64,000 bases of DNA, from IMG/VR virus record IMGVR_UViG_3300008266_000002, one strand, 5' to 3'. Position 1 is the stretch's first letter. Every line of letters begins with the position of its first letter. Below are positions 1-8,491 of the stretch, piece after piece. A model generated the notes under the pieces. That model made no database searches. It was not told the origin of the DNA and saw only the letters and a program-made list of their open reading frames with translations. The translations under genes were made by a program, and so were the position numbers. The DNA is from a virus.

Positions 1-1
1 G

Positions 2-229
2 GTGTATCATAAAGGTGTTGAGCAACCGGATCTTAAAGATACATTAACACCAACACCACTACAACCAAAAACGCCAAAGGTTAAAAAATCTAAAGTTCAG
101 AAAGCAAAGGAAAAAGCTGAGATAGCAAAACAATATGCCGATCTGAAAAAACAGTTACAGAAAGAGACTCGAAAGACAGTAATCCGTAAGATTGAGTCCC
201 AATTAAAAAAGTTACAAAAACACATCTAA
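2..229 (+). CDS. 5'-truncated Lys-rich hypothetical protein
   Basis: Open frame from window edge, ends 1 nt before the next ATG; basic, helical C-terminus; no family recognised. Confidence 0.6.
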   Translation: MYHKGVEQPDLKDTLTPTPLQPKTPKVKKSKVQKAKEKAEIAKQYADLKKQLQKETRKTVIRKIESQLKKLQKHI

Positions 230-230
230 T

Positions 231-989
231 ATGAATTACACAGCAGAATTATTGCAAGAAAACTATGACCAACTTTTAGGTTATATAGACAAGTACATTA
301 CAGGTATAAGAAAAGATCAACTCAAACAACTCTATGTAGATCATGCTGAGCGTATAATGCTTATGCCAGCCTCTAGTGTGGATCATCATCATAACGCTTT
401 TCCAGGTGGATATGTTGACCATATCAATCGTGTTATTGAGTGTGCTCTTCAACTCAAAGCTTTATGGGCTAATATGGGTGCTTATATTAACTATACTGAT
501 GAAGAGTTAGTATTTGCAGCTATGAATCACGACTTAGGTAAAATAGGTACAGAAGAAGCTGAACAATATATACCTAATGATTCAGAATGGCATAGAAAAA
601 ATCTCGGTAAGTTGTACAAATACAATGCAAGTAATCCTTTTATGCCAGTACCCGATAGAAGCTTGTTTTTATTGCAGCAAAGAGGTATTCGAGTTTCATT
701 CAATGAGTATGTAGCAATTAAGACTCACGATGGCTTGTATGATGAAAGTAACCGACCTTATTTTATATCATCCACAAAAGAATCTAAATTACGAACAAAT
801 CTACCCATCATACTTCACCATGCCGATCATATGGCATCTCGTATAGAGTTCGAGATGTGGGATCGTAACAATGGCAGTACCGAAAAACCTAAGCCAGTTG
901 AAAAACGTACAAAACCAACCATTCCAGCAGATCTTAGTCAGACAGAGAAAGATGATTTAATTAACGTGTTTAATAATTTATTCAAATGA
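231..989 (+). CDS. HD-domain phosphohydrolase/nuclease (YhaM/Cbf1-like)
   Basis: HHHNAFPGGYVDH, HDLGKIG, HDG, HHAD metal-binding motifs. Confidence 0.85.
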   Translation: MNYTAELLQENYDQLLGYIDKYITGIRKDQLKQLYVDHAERIMLMPASSVDHHHNAFPGGYVDHINRVIECALQLKALWANMGAYINYTDEELVFAAMNHDLGKIGTEEAEQYIPNDSEWHRKNLGKLYKYNASNPFMPVPDRSLFLLQQRGIRVSFNEYVAIKTHDGLYDESNRPYFISSTKESKLRTNLPIILHHADHMASRIEFEMWDRNNGSTEKPKPVEKRTKPTIPADLSQTEKDDLINVFNNLFK

Positions 990-1297
990 TTATAGTAGTT
1001 ATAATATTAGTATTGATAATAGCTTTCCTCAGCTATTTGTTGTATATTAACTTTAGAAGAGCAGAACGTGCAGAAGATTATTGCGAAGCTTATATTCGCT
1101 TTGTATCAGCTTTATTTTTCCGATTTCAATCTACTAGAGATCAAATGAAAGAGATTGATCGTTTAGGAGCATTTCAGGCTGATGATGAGGTAGGTTCTAT
1201 TTTTAAGGAGTTAGATAATTCAATTGAAGATCTTTATGAGTTTATTACAAGATATGTCAACACAGAAACCGAAGAAAACAAGAAAACCGAAAACTAA
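986..1297 (+). CDS. Small membrane-anchored hypothetical protein
   Basis: N-terminal hydrophobic helix MIIVVIILVLIIAFLSYLLY; ATGA overlap with HD gene. Confidence 0.7.
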   Translation: MIIVVIILVLIIAFLSYLLYINFRRAERAEDYCEAYIRFVSALFFRFQSTRDQMKEIDRLGAFQADDEVGSIFKELDNSIEDLYEFITRYVNTETEENKKTEN

Positions 1298-1979
1298 AAG
1301 AATGTACTTCGGTCCCGAAGTAGATTTGAGTATTGTAAAGTATAATGCTACAGATAGTGAAACAGAACGTAGTTTGATTTATCAACATGAAATTCGCCCA
1401 GCTTTTGAGAAGTTAGTTGAGAATATCATTCACACATTCAAATTTTACTACACAGACGGACAATCGTTTAAACAAGTACAACATGAGGTTGTAAGTTTTC
1501 TTGTTGAAAAACTACCTAAATTTAAACAGGATAATGGTAAGGCATTTAGTTACTTTAGTATTGTAGCAAAAAACTACTGTATATTAAAAAACAAAAACAA
1601 CTACAAAAAACTAACCTCTCACGATAGAGTTGATGTTATGGATGAGGTTAGTTTAGAATGTCCTGATAGTGTTGAGGAAGAAGTTATTAACCTTACAGAT
1701 TTTATTGATCGATATGTCATCTATTGGGATGATAATCTTGAAAACACCTTTACTAAAAAAGGAGATCGTGAATTGGCAGGTGCAATTATTGAACTCTTTA
1801 GAAAGCGAGAAAAAATTGAACTTTTTAATAAAAAAGCATTGTATATTTATATACGTGAAATGACTGATGCAAATACTCAGCAAATCACCAAGATGGTTAA
1901 AACCATGAAGGATAAATATCGTGCAATGTTTATGGATTATCTCAAGTATAATTGTATACCACCTAATAAAAAATATTAA
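1254..1979 (+). CDS. Phage late-transcription sigma factor, T4 gp55-like
   Basis: Sigma region-2-like segment FEKLVENIIHTFKFY...HEVVSFLVEKLPKF...KAFSYFSIVAKNY resembling gp55 (PFAYFT); start moved from TTG 1224 to ATG 1254 (1302 also possible). Confidence 0.7.
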   Translation: MSTQKPKKTRKPKTKRMYFGPEVDLSIVKYNATDSETERSLIYQHEIRPAFEKLVENIIHTFKFYYTDGQSFKQVQHEVVSFLVEKLPKFKQDNGKAFSYFSIVAKNYCILKNKNNYKKLTSHDRVDVMDEVSLECPDSVEEEVINLTDFIDRYVIYWDDNLENTFTKKGDRELAGAIIELFRKREKIELFNKKALYIYIREMTDANTQQITKMVKTMKDKYRAMFMDYLKYNCIPPNKKY

Positions 1980-2224
1980 TGTTAGTTTTATTCTCTAAAG
2001 AAAAGTTGCAGCAATTTTTACAAGAGGAGATAAAATGTTGGGAAAGCGTTGGTGGTGGTCCAAACCTCAACGCTTTTTCGTTTGATCCTAAAAACACTGA
2101 TCCAGCTGTATTACGTGAGCTTGGTTATTACGATAATAGAGACTCTTGGATTGCTGGAGCGCGTATAAAACAATTGGTTGAGCTTATTAACGAATTAGAA
2201 TCCCTTCCACAATATAAAAAATAA
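1979..2224 (+). CDS. Hypothetical protein (81 aa)
   Basis: TAATG coupling to the sigma gene; fills the gap to the next gene. Confidence 0.6.
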   Translation: MLVLFSKEKLQQFLQEEIKCWESVGGGPNLNAFSFDPKNTDPAVLRELGYYDNRDSWIAGARIKQLVELINELESLPQYKK

Positions 2225-2227
2225 CGT

Positions 2228-3898
2228 ATGAAACAAGTTTTACTATCTATTACACTATTCATCCTTACAACGACTTCTTACGCTCAGTCTTGTACATCAA
2301 CCACTTACTATGATAATATGGAAACCTATACTTGGTTTGGTGATTGGTGGTTGTATAACTTTTCTAATTATTATACGAACTTTTCAGTAAGTCCATCAGT
2401 GAGTGCTGTTCATTATGGTAGTGGTGCTAGTACGTCAGGAATAGAACAAGATTGGTATACTATGCCAGTAATTAACGGTCTTAATCCCAACTACACTTAC
2501 AAAGTGAAATTTCGTTTAGCTTCCTATACAATCACTTCACCTACAGCAACCACAAGAGGAGTTGATGCTGCTGATTATGTTCAAGTTCAGCTTAGTCGTA
2601 ATGGAGGAGCGTATGTTACTGAGATGACTATCTTTGGTTTTAGTAATCAAACTTGGACATATAATGCAACTGGTATTGCAGCAAAAACAGCTAACGGAAC
2701 AAATACGAACTATCAAATAGCAGTAGGTGGTGCAAGAACCGATGGGTTTTCAACTGTAGAATTAACCTTACAGCCCAATACAACTAGTGTAGCTATTGAT
2801 TTATATATGAGGTGTAATTCTGCAGGTGAGGAATTTTGGATAGATAATGTTGAATTGATTGAGACAATTCCAACTCCTTCAGTAACTATTAGCGGTACTA
2901 ATAGTGTATGCAGTGGTATATCGACAACCCTAACTGCCACCGGTGCTCAAACATATAGCTGGAGTGGTGGGATATCAAATGGGATTTCATTTACCCCTAC
3001 AACGACAGCTACCTATAATGTCACTGGTACTAATGTTGGTATGGTGAATGGTGTTGGTACTACAAACACATGCAGCTCTACTCAATCAACTACTGTAACT
3101 GTAAAACCTATACCTAACATACCCACTCTCTCAGCAGATACTACTTTATGTTATGGTGAGTTTGCAGTTCTTTTAGCTACTTCTAACATCGGCACTATAC
3201 AGTGGTATGATGCACTATCAGGAGGTAGCTTATTAGGTACTGGGACAAGTTACACAACAAATCCATTACTTACCAATGCTTCATTCTTTGCTCAATCAGA
3301 AGCTTTAGGCTGTGTGAGTTTGAGATCGCAAGTTGATATTATAATTGATGGATGTATATTACCAATTCAATTAAGATCGTTTACTGGAGAGAATGAAGGA
3401 AATACTAATACGTTATATTGGGTAACAGATAGTGAGCATAATAGCTCTCATTTTGATATTGAACGAAGTAAGAATGGTATTGACTTTAACTATATAGGTT
3501 CCATTATCGCTGATCAAAATAATCCATATATGTATGTTGACGAGACACCATATATTGGTACTAACTATTATAGACTAAAAATGGTTGATTTAGATTTTAC
3601 GTATGATTTTTCTAATATCATTGCAATAGATGTTGAACCTCTTTCAAATGATTTTAGATTATACCCCAATCCCTTTGGTGACATTATTACTTATGTTTAC
3701 TATGAGGAGGTACCGGAGGATTTGGATATTTTTATTATAAACGATATTGGACAAGAAGTATATTATAAAACTGTACCATGTCCAGGTTGTTACAATGTAG
3801 TGCATTTGGATACACATGATATTTTGCCAGGACATTACACATTGAAAATCTTACACAAGGCATCAAACATTACAAGACTTATAAAGATTGTCAAGTAA
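2228..3898 (+). CDS. Secreted protein with Ig-like domains and T9SS type A C-terminal sorting domain
   Basis: Signal peptide ending SYA|Q; Bacteroidota-type Ig-like repeats (VCSGISTTLTATGAQTYSW, IQWYDALSGG); LPIQLRSFTG...W.T.SE.N...F.IERS.NG pre-CTD domain; YPNP...G.Y.LKI...KIVK CTD. Confidence 0.88.
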   Translation: MKQVLLSITLFILTTTSYAQSCTSTTYYDNMETYTWFGDWWLYNFSNYYTNFSVSPSVSAVHYGSGASTSGIEQDWYTMPVINGLNPNYTYKVKFRLASYTITSPTATTRGVDAADYVQVQLSRNGGAYVTEMTIFGFSNQTWTYNATGIAAKTANGTNTNYQIAVGGARTDGFSTVELTLQPNTTSVAIDLYMRCNSAGEEFWIDNVELIETIPTPSVTISGTNSVCSGISTTLTATGAQTYSWSGGISNGISFTPTTTATYNVTGTNVGMVNGVGTTNTCSSTQSTTVTVKPIPNIPTLSADTTLCYGEFAVLLATSNIGTIQWYDALSGGSLLGTGTSYTTNPLLTNASFFAQSEALGCVSLRSQVDIIIDGCILPIQLRSFTGENEGNTNTLYWVTDSEHNSSHFDIERSKNGIDFNYIGSIIADQNNPYMYVDETPYIGTNYYRLKMVDLDFTYDFSNIIAIDVEPLSNDFRLYPNPFGDIITYVYYEEVPEDLDIFIINDIGQEVYYKTVPCPGCYNVVHLDTHDILPGHYTLKILHKASNITRLIKIVK

Positions 3899-3901
3899 GT
3901 T

Positions 3902-3933
3902 AGCCCCCACCTTGTGTGGGGGTTGTTTTTTTT
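3902..3933 (+). terminator. Intrinsic terminator
   Basis: AGCCCCCAC-CTTGT-GTGGGGGTT stem-loop followed by GTTTTTTTT, directly after the T9SS gene. Confidence 0.85.
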
Positions 3934-3940
3934 ACTTGTA

Positions 3941-3948
3941 TATTTATT
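3941..3948 (+). promoter_or_regulatory. Putative late promoter (TATTTATT variant)
   Basis: Recurrent motif, after a terminator and 14 nt before ATG 3963. Confidence 0.6.
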
Positions 3949-3962
3949 AGAAAACCTGTTAT

Positions 3963-4307
3963 ATGGATAAGGACTCATTACTCTTTGATGACAAATCGTT
4001 TAGTGATCTACTACGCGATGTATACGCAAACACTAAAAAAAAGGAAAATCAGATTAATGGTTTAATTGATCAACTTAAACCGTTAATAAGAAATATGACG
4101 GATGCTTCACTTATGGTACCATTAATTAAAGAGTATCTAGAAGTTTCCGTAAAGAATGATGATAATCTAGTGAGATTAACTGGAATTGTTCAACGATTAT
4201 TAATTGTGAGTTCAAAAACTCCTACCGAAGGGGAATTAGGTTTATCTGAAGCGGAAAGAAAGCAACTACTTGAAGAGGCAAATGCAATATTAGACAATAG
4301 CAAATGA
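3963..4307 (+). CDS. Helical hypothetical protein; possible terminase small subunit
   Basis: Size and two-helix pattern loosely like T4 gp16-type small terminases; first gene after a late motif; function is a guess. Confidence 0.35.
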   Translation: MDKDSLLFDDKSFSDLLRDVYANTKKKENQINGLIDQLKPLIRNMTDASLMVPLIKEYLEVSVKNDDNLVRLTGIVQRLLIVSSKTPTEGELGLSEAERKQLLEEANAILDNSK

Positions 4308-5275
4308 GTACATTATTTAAAGGCTTAGGTGATAATTACGGACCCCGATCGACTGGAGGGGGTGGTAGTCAACAGCAACCACCGTTAGTATTTCCTGCGC
4401 ATGTACTTGAGGTATGTACGGATACAAATTCACCACTTTTTGAAACAATAAGGGATATAGGAAAGATTCGATTTCGAGATTTGAATTACGATATCAATAT
4501 TCCAGAAAGCAAGCTTACTAGTGTCGCTTACCCATTAGATAGATCATTTATTAGATACCCATATCCTGGAGAGCAGGTTATGGTATTTTATGCGTTTAGT
4601 GAGACACTCGATCCAAGTAGTACTGTAATGCAAAATGCTTTCTTTTACTCTTTTGTTGTTAGTTCTTTCCATAATATATCCTACAACCAACATCCTTTTT
4701 TAGGTGTGGATGTGAAGCACTTGGATCCAGATAATCCTTTTGTTAGTTACGACAATGCAAAATCACGCTTCGATAAAAGAACAAGCGATGTTAATTCTGT
4801 TAAGGATGGATCTAATAGAATAAAGATTTATAAACAGCTTGAACCACAGGAAGGTGATTACATCATTCAGGGCCGATTTGGTACAAGTTTAAGGTTCAGT
4901 TCAACAACCCCATCAGCAGACGGTCAGACTCCATGGAATAGTAATAATCCATCAGGAGTGTCAGGAGATGGTATTATTGTTCTTCGAGCAGATCGTGATT
5001 TTACAACTGAAGAAAAATCAATGCTAACAAACGAGAACATTGATACAGATGACTCATCGATCTATATGTGTACGTCTCAAAAAGTCGAAATGTCTTTAGC
5101 ATGTTCTAAAAAATTACTCAGTTGGAGAGCTCGTTATGATTTACCTGATCAAGGAACTAGCGAAGCTGAGGGAATTGTGGGTACAACAAAGGATACATCA
5201 CAACTATGGCAAAAAGTTGTTGACTCTACACAACCGATTGCTAACTCTTATCAAAATCCATCAGGAGCACAATAA
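4304..5275 (+). CDS. Baseplate hub/spike protein, N-terminal part (gp5 OB-fold-like)
   Basis: IGKIRF...AYPL...YPYPGEQVMV resembles gp5/VgrG OB-fold P..GE.V motif; EGDYIIQGRFGTSLRF beta segment; position in baseplate cluster. Confidence 0.55.
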   Translation: MSTLFKGLGDNYGPRSTGGGGSQQQPPLVFPAHVLEVCTDTNSPLFETIRDIGKIRFRDLNYDINIPESKLTSVAYPLDRSFIRYPYPGEQVMVFYAFSETLDPSSTVMQNAFFYSFVVSSFHNISYNQHPFLGVDVKHLDPDNPFVSYDNAKSRFDKRTSDVNSVKDGSNRIKIYKQLEPQEGDYIIQGRFGTSLRFSSTTPSADGQTPWNSNNPSGVSGDGIIVLRADRDFTTEEKSMLTNENIDTDDSSIYMCTSQKVEMSLACSKKLLSWRARYDLPDQGTSEAEGIVGTTKDTSQLWQKVVDSTQPIANSYQNPSGAQ

Positions 5276-5281
5276 CCTTAT

Positions 5282-6211
5282 ATGTCATATACAACCCCAC
5301 CATCACTTAATCCCAGCTTAAAGCAAGATCTTGATACACTAGTATCAGTAGTTAAGGCTAATGTAACGGCTATTTCACAAAAGATGGTAGAGAGAGCTAT
5401 CACCTCTGCAGGAATTGTATCGGTACCAACAATAAGCATACCACCACTGACTAGACTTATAGAAAATATTATTATACCAACAACCCATTATTGGGAAGGA
5501 ACTTGGAGTGATCATCCTAGCGATTCTGGTGGTGCTACAATGAGAGGTGTAATTCTTGTAACGCTATGGTCAACATTTGACGATGTGCTAATCAATACTG
5601 GTATTCCTGCTGTTTCAAATGCAGCTATAAATTTCAATAATAGGCAGCCAACTTGGAAAAAAGATAAACAAGTTGGTAAACAAGTGTTATATGCACTACT
5701 CTCAGATGAGAAGATTGCTGGTTTATGGTTGTATAAATTTCTCTCAGACAAATACTGTAGATTTCCATTAGCCATAATGACTGAGGATCCCTTTTTAGGA
5801 TGGTTTATTTCAGAAGGAGTTTGGGGTTCTGGTGCTGGTTTATTTAGTAATGGTGGGTTTGATGAGGTGGCGAGGTCTTTTGGTTGGAATGGTAATATTG
5901 GTCAGTTTCCAACTTGGTGTATTAGTTTAGGAGATCGTACTCCGGAATTTGCTGTAAAGTTGATCGAAAGACGAGTTCAATATATATTAGATATAAGTAA
6001 GCCTGGCAGTAAAAATGCTGTTTTTCGAACTGGGTGGTTGAGGCGATTGGTGAATGATCCAAAGTATTCAAACGTAGCTACTTTAGTAAAAATAAATGAA
6101 ACTTTTTGTTTAAACTTGAAAGGTGAGTATCAATTATCACAAGCAGAATTACAGCATCTAAAAGTAAAAGCTGAGATATATAAAACTCTCTCAATTCAAA
6201 TACCTGGATAA
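5282..6211 (+). CDS. GH108-like muramidase
   Basis: EGTWSDHPSDSGGATMRGV matches GH108 E-G-x-x-x-D-x-P-x-D-x-G-G-x-T; C-terminal FRTGWLRR peptidoglycan-binding motif. Confidence 0.78.
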   Translation: MSYTTPPSLNPSLKQDLDTLVSVVKANVTAISQKMVERAITSAGIVSVPTISIPPLTRLIENIIIPTTHYWEGTWSDHPSDSGGATMRGVILVTLWSTFDDVLINTGIPAVSNAAINFNNRQPTWKKDKQVGKQVLYALLSDEKIAGLWLYKFLSDKYCRFPLAIMTEDPFLGWFISEGVWGSGAGLFSNGGFDEVARSFGWNGNIGQFPTWCISLGDRTPEFAVKLIERRVQYILDISKPGSKNAVFRTGWLRRLVNDPKYSNVATLVKINETFCLNLKGEYQLSQAELQHLKVKAEIYKTLSIQIPG

Positions 6212-7119
6212 TGGCAGAAATAAATTATGGTCAATATAAGCAAGCACTTGAATCTAATGGTGGTTTAGCGCAAGCACCAACTGATCAGGCTAATCCAGCT
6301 GGAACTCCAGTACAAGGTACCTTTGCTGGTAATGTAAACATAAGTGTACCACAATTACCTAAGATTGAGTTTCCTTTAGAGGATTTAACTTTTTCTACTA
6401 CCTTACCAGGAGCTAAACAGGATTTGAATGTATTGCTTAGTTTAAAAGATGGGAAGGGTGTTAAACAAAATAACTTTGGTGGTAGTCAGGTTTTAATTAA
6501 TTCTGATAGAATTATATTAAACTCACGTGCTGATTATTTAATGCTCTTTGGTGAATCAGGTATTGCTATTTCATCTCCTGGTAATGTGAATATTGATGCG
6601 GATGATGCTATAACAATATATGGTGATGATGGTTTGTTTTTAGGAGTGCCTGGAAAAGGTGCATCGACTGGTAATACGAAATCTCCAAGTACAAAGGCAG
6701 AAGCCACAATCGATAATGAATATGAACCTTTAGTATTAGGTACTAAGCTCGCTAATATACTCGAAGACTTGCTTGTGATTATAAAAAATGCAACAATACT
6801 GACTCCAGTTGGAAAGGCTTATTTTCGCGAAGATACTATGTATGAACTAGCTTGTCTTCAATCAAGAATACCAGAAATGCTTAGTACATATGGGTATGTA
6901 GATGGTATTAGTCACGAGGCTGTTGATCCACCACCAACACCACCTAAGATAGTAACTGAACCTCCAACCACTATTACCGGAACTGTGGCTGGTACGTTTA
7001 CTGGTACGGCTTCTGGTGATAATACTACAGGTAGCGGAGCATCAACTACAATCGCAAGTCCATTAGCTAATCAGCCGGACTTTTTTGAAACACAAACATT
7101 ATATAACGATACACTATAG
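6211..7119 (+). CDS. Baseplate spike protein, C-terminal part (gp5-C-like beta strands)
   Basis: QVLINSDRIILNSR...IAISSPGNVNIDA beta-strand repeats then EPLVLGTKL helix, typical of spike C-termini. Confidence 0.55.
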   Translation: MAEINYGQYKQALESNGGLAQAPTDQANPAGTPVQGTFAGNVNISVPQLPKIEFPLEDLTFSTTLPGAKQDLNVLLSLKDGKGVKQNNFGGSQVLINSDRIILNSRADYLMLFGESGIAISSPGNVNIDADDAITIYGDDGLFLGVPGKGASTGNTKSPSTKAEATIDNEYEPLVLGTKLANILEDLLVIIKNATILTPVGKAYFREDTMYELACLQSRIPEMLSTYGYVDGISHEAVDPPPTPPKIVTEPPTTITGTVAGTFTGTASGDNTTGSGASTTIASPLANQPDFFETQTLYNDTL

Positions 7120-7122
7120 GTT

Positions 7123-8490
7123 ATGGCAAGTATAAAAAACAGATGTGTACAAGTTGGACAAGCAGTTGTATTTGAAAATGCTCAACGAGATTTTGATCAA
7201 ATGGCTCGTGCTTTACAAAACGATAAAGGAGTATTGTTAACAATTAAAACTAGCTATTTTTCTAAATACGATGTAGCAGATGAGTTAAGAAAAATAGTAA
7301 AAGATAAAACAGAAAAACCACCAGTAGAGGTAAGAGGGTTATTAGATCCCTCTAAACCAATGGCCGATATTGTTAGTAGTACCGGTAGTTTTGATGAGCT
7401 GAAAAGATATTTAGATAGTTTATCAGATGCAGATTTTGAACCACCACTAATACCTCTTCCAACCATTTCACCCATTCCTGCTTTAGCAGCACTTCAGACT
7501 TGGCCTGGTAGAGTAATATCATACGATATACCAACTAAAATTGACACAGATCCTCGCAGAACTGGACGATTGATAATTCCAGACTCTGCAGAGGTATTTC
7601 GAAGTACTGAAGTTCAGAAATGGTTATTAAATAATAGTGTGAAGTATGGTTTTGTGATCTATTTAGATAAAGGCTTATACTATTTGGGTACAAATGAAGT
7701 TAGAAATCAAATAACATCAGCAGCTAATAAACAAGAGGAATTGAGAAAGATTGTTTCTCGACATCTCAAAGGTGCTTTAACGCTATCAAGTTTTAGTACG
7801 ACAGCGGAGCAAGTACTTGCGGTCACCCAACCAACTGTAAATAGCTCCTCTGATCGTGGTAACCTCGAAACTGTAATTGGTGCAAATAACATTCTTTCAA
7901 ATGATAGAAGGGTTCTCGATTTAGTTGTTGTTAATAGACAACCGGTGTGGAGACCAGTTGCACTTGCTTTTCTGGATATGAAAGATGAAGCAAGTAGACA
8001 AGGAATAAACTTAGTTGTAGTTTCTGGTTTTCGTCCTGCGTTTGGTCCAAATACTACTGCTCGTACTTCGGCTGGAAATACTATAACAATTGTTACACAA
8101 GAATCATTGCGTAGGGATAGGAGTCGATGGGTTGGTAGAACTACTTATGCCGGTACTGATGAGGACTTTATATTTAGAGCAGGAGCCAGCCAATATAATG
8201 CTGCAACAGCAGCACCAGGTACATCGAATCATGGTAGTGGTATTGCAATTGACTTAAACACTGGTAGTCGAAACACTCCAGGCTTTCCAGCCTTGAACTC
8301 GACAATATACTCATGGCTTATCAAAAACTCATATAAGTTTGGATTTATCCGTACGGTAAGATCTGAGGAGTGGCATTTTGAATACTTACCAGATAGAGCA
8401 AGAAATGGTCCGTATGCATCAATACAAGGTACAAATGCAAATAGATTTTATACAGATTTAGGTTTAGCACAAGGACAGTTTCCTATATAA
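7123..8490 (+). CDS. M15B (VanY-like) D-Ala-D-Ala carboxypeptidase domain protein
   Basis: SGFR, AAPGTSNHGSGIAID (SxHxxGxAxD), WL..N..KFGF, EEWHFEY (ExxH). Confidence 0.88.
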   Translation: MASIKNRCVQVGQAVVFENAQRDFDQMARALQNDKGVLLTIKTSYFSKYDVADELRKIVKDKTEKPPVEVRGLLDPSKPMADIVSSTGSFDELKRYLDSLSDADFEPPLIPLPTISPIPALAALQTWPGRVISYDIPTKIDTDPRRTGRLIIPDSAEVFRSTEVQKWLLNNSVKYGFVIYLDKGLYYLGTNEVRNQITSAANKQEELRKIVSRHLKGALTLSSFSTTAEQVLAVTQPTVNSSSDRGNLETVIGANNILSNDRRVLDLVVVNRQPVWRPVALAFLDMKDEASRQGINLVVVSGFRPAFGPNTTARTSAGNTITIVTQESLRRDRSRWVGRTTYAGTDEDFIFRAGASQYNAATAAPGTSNHGSGIAIDLNTGSRNTPGFPALNSTIYSWLIKNSYKFGFIRTVRSEEWHFEYLPDRARNGPYASIQGTNANRFYTDLGLAQGQFPI

Positions 8491-8491
8491 T

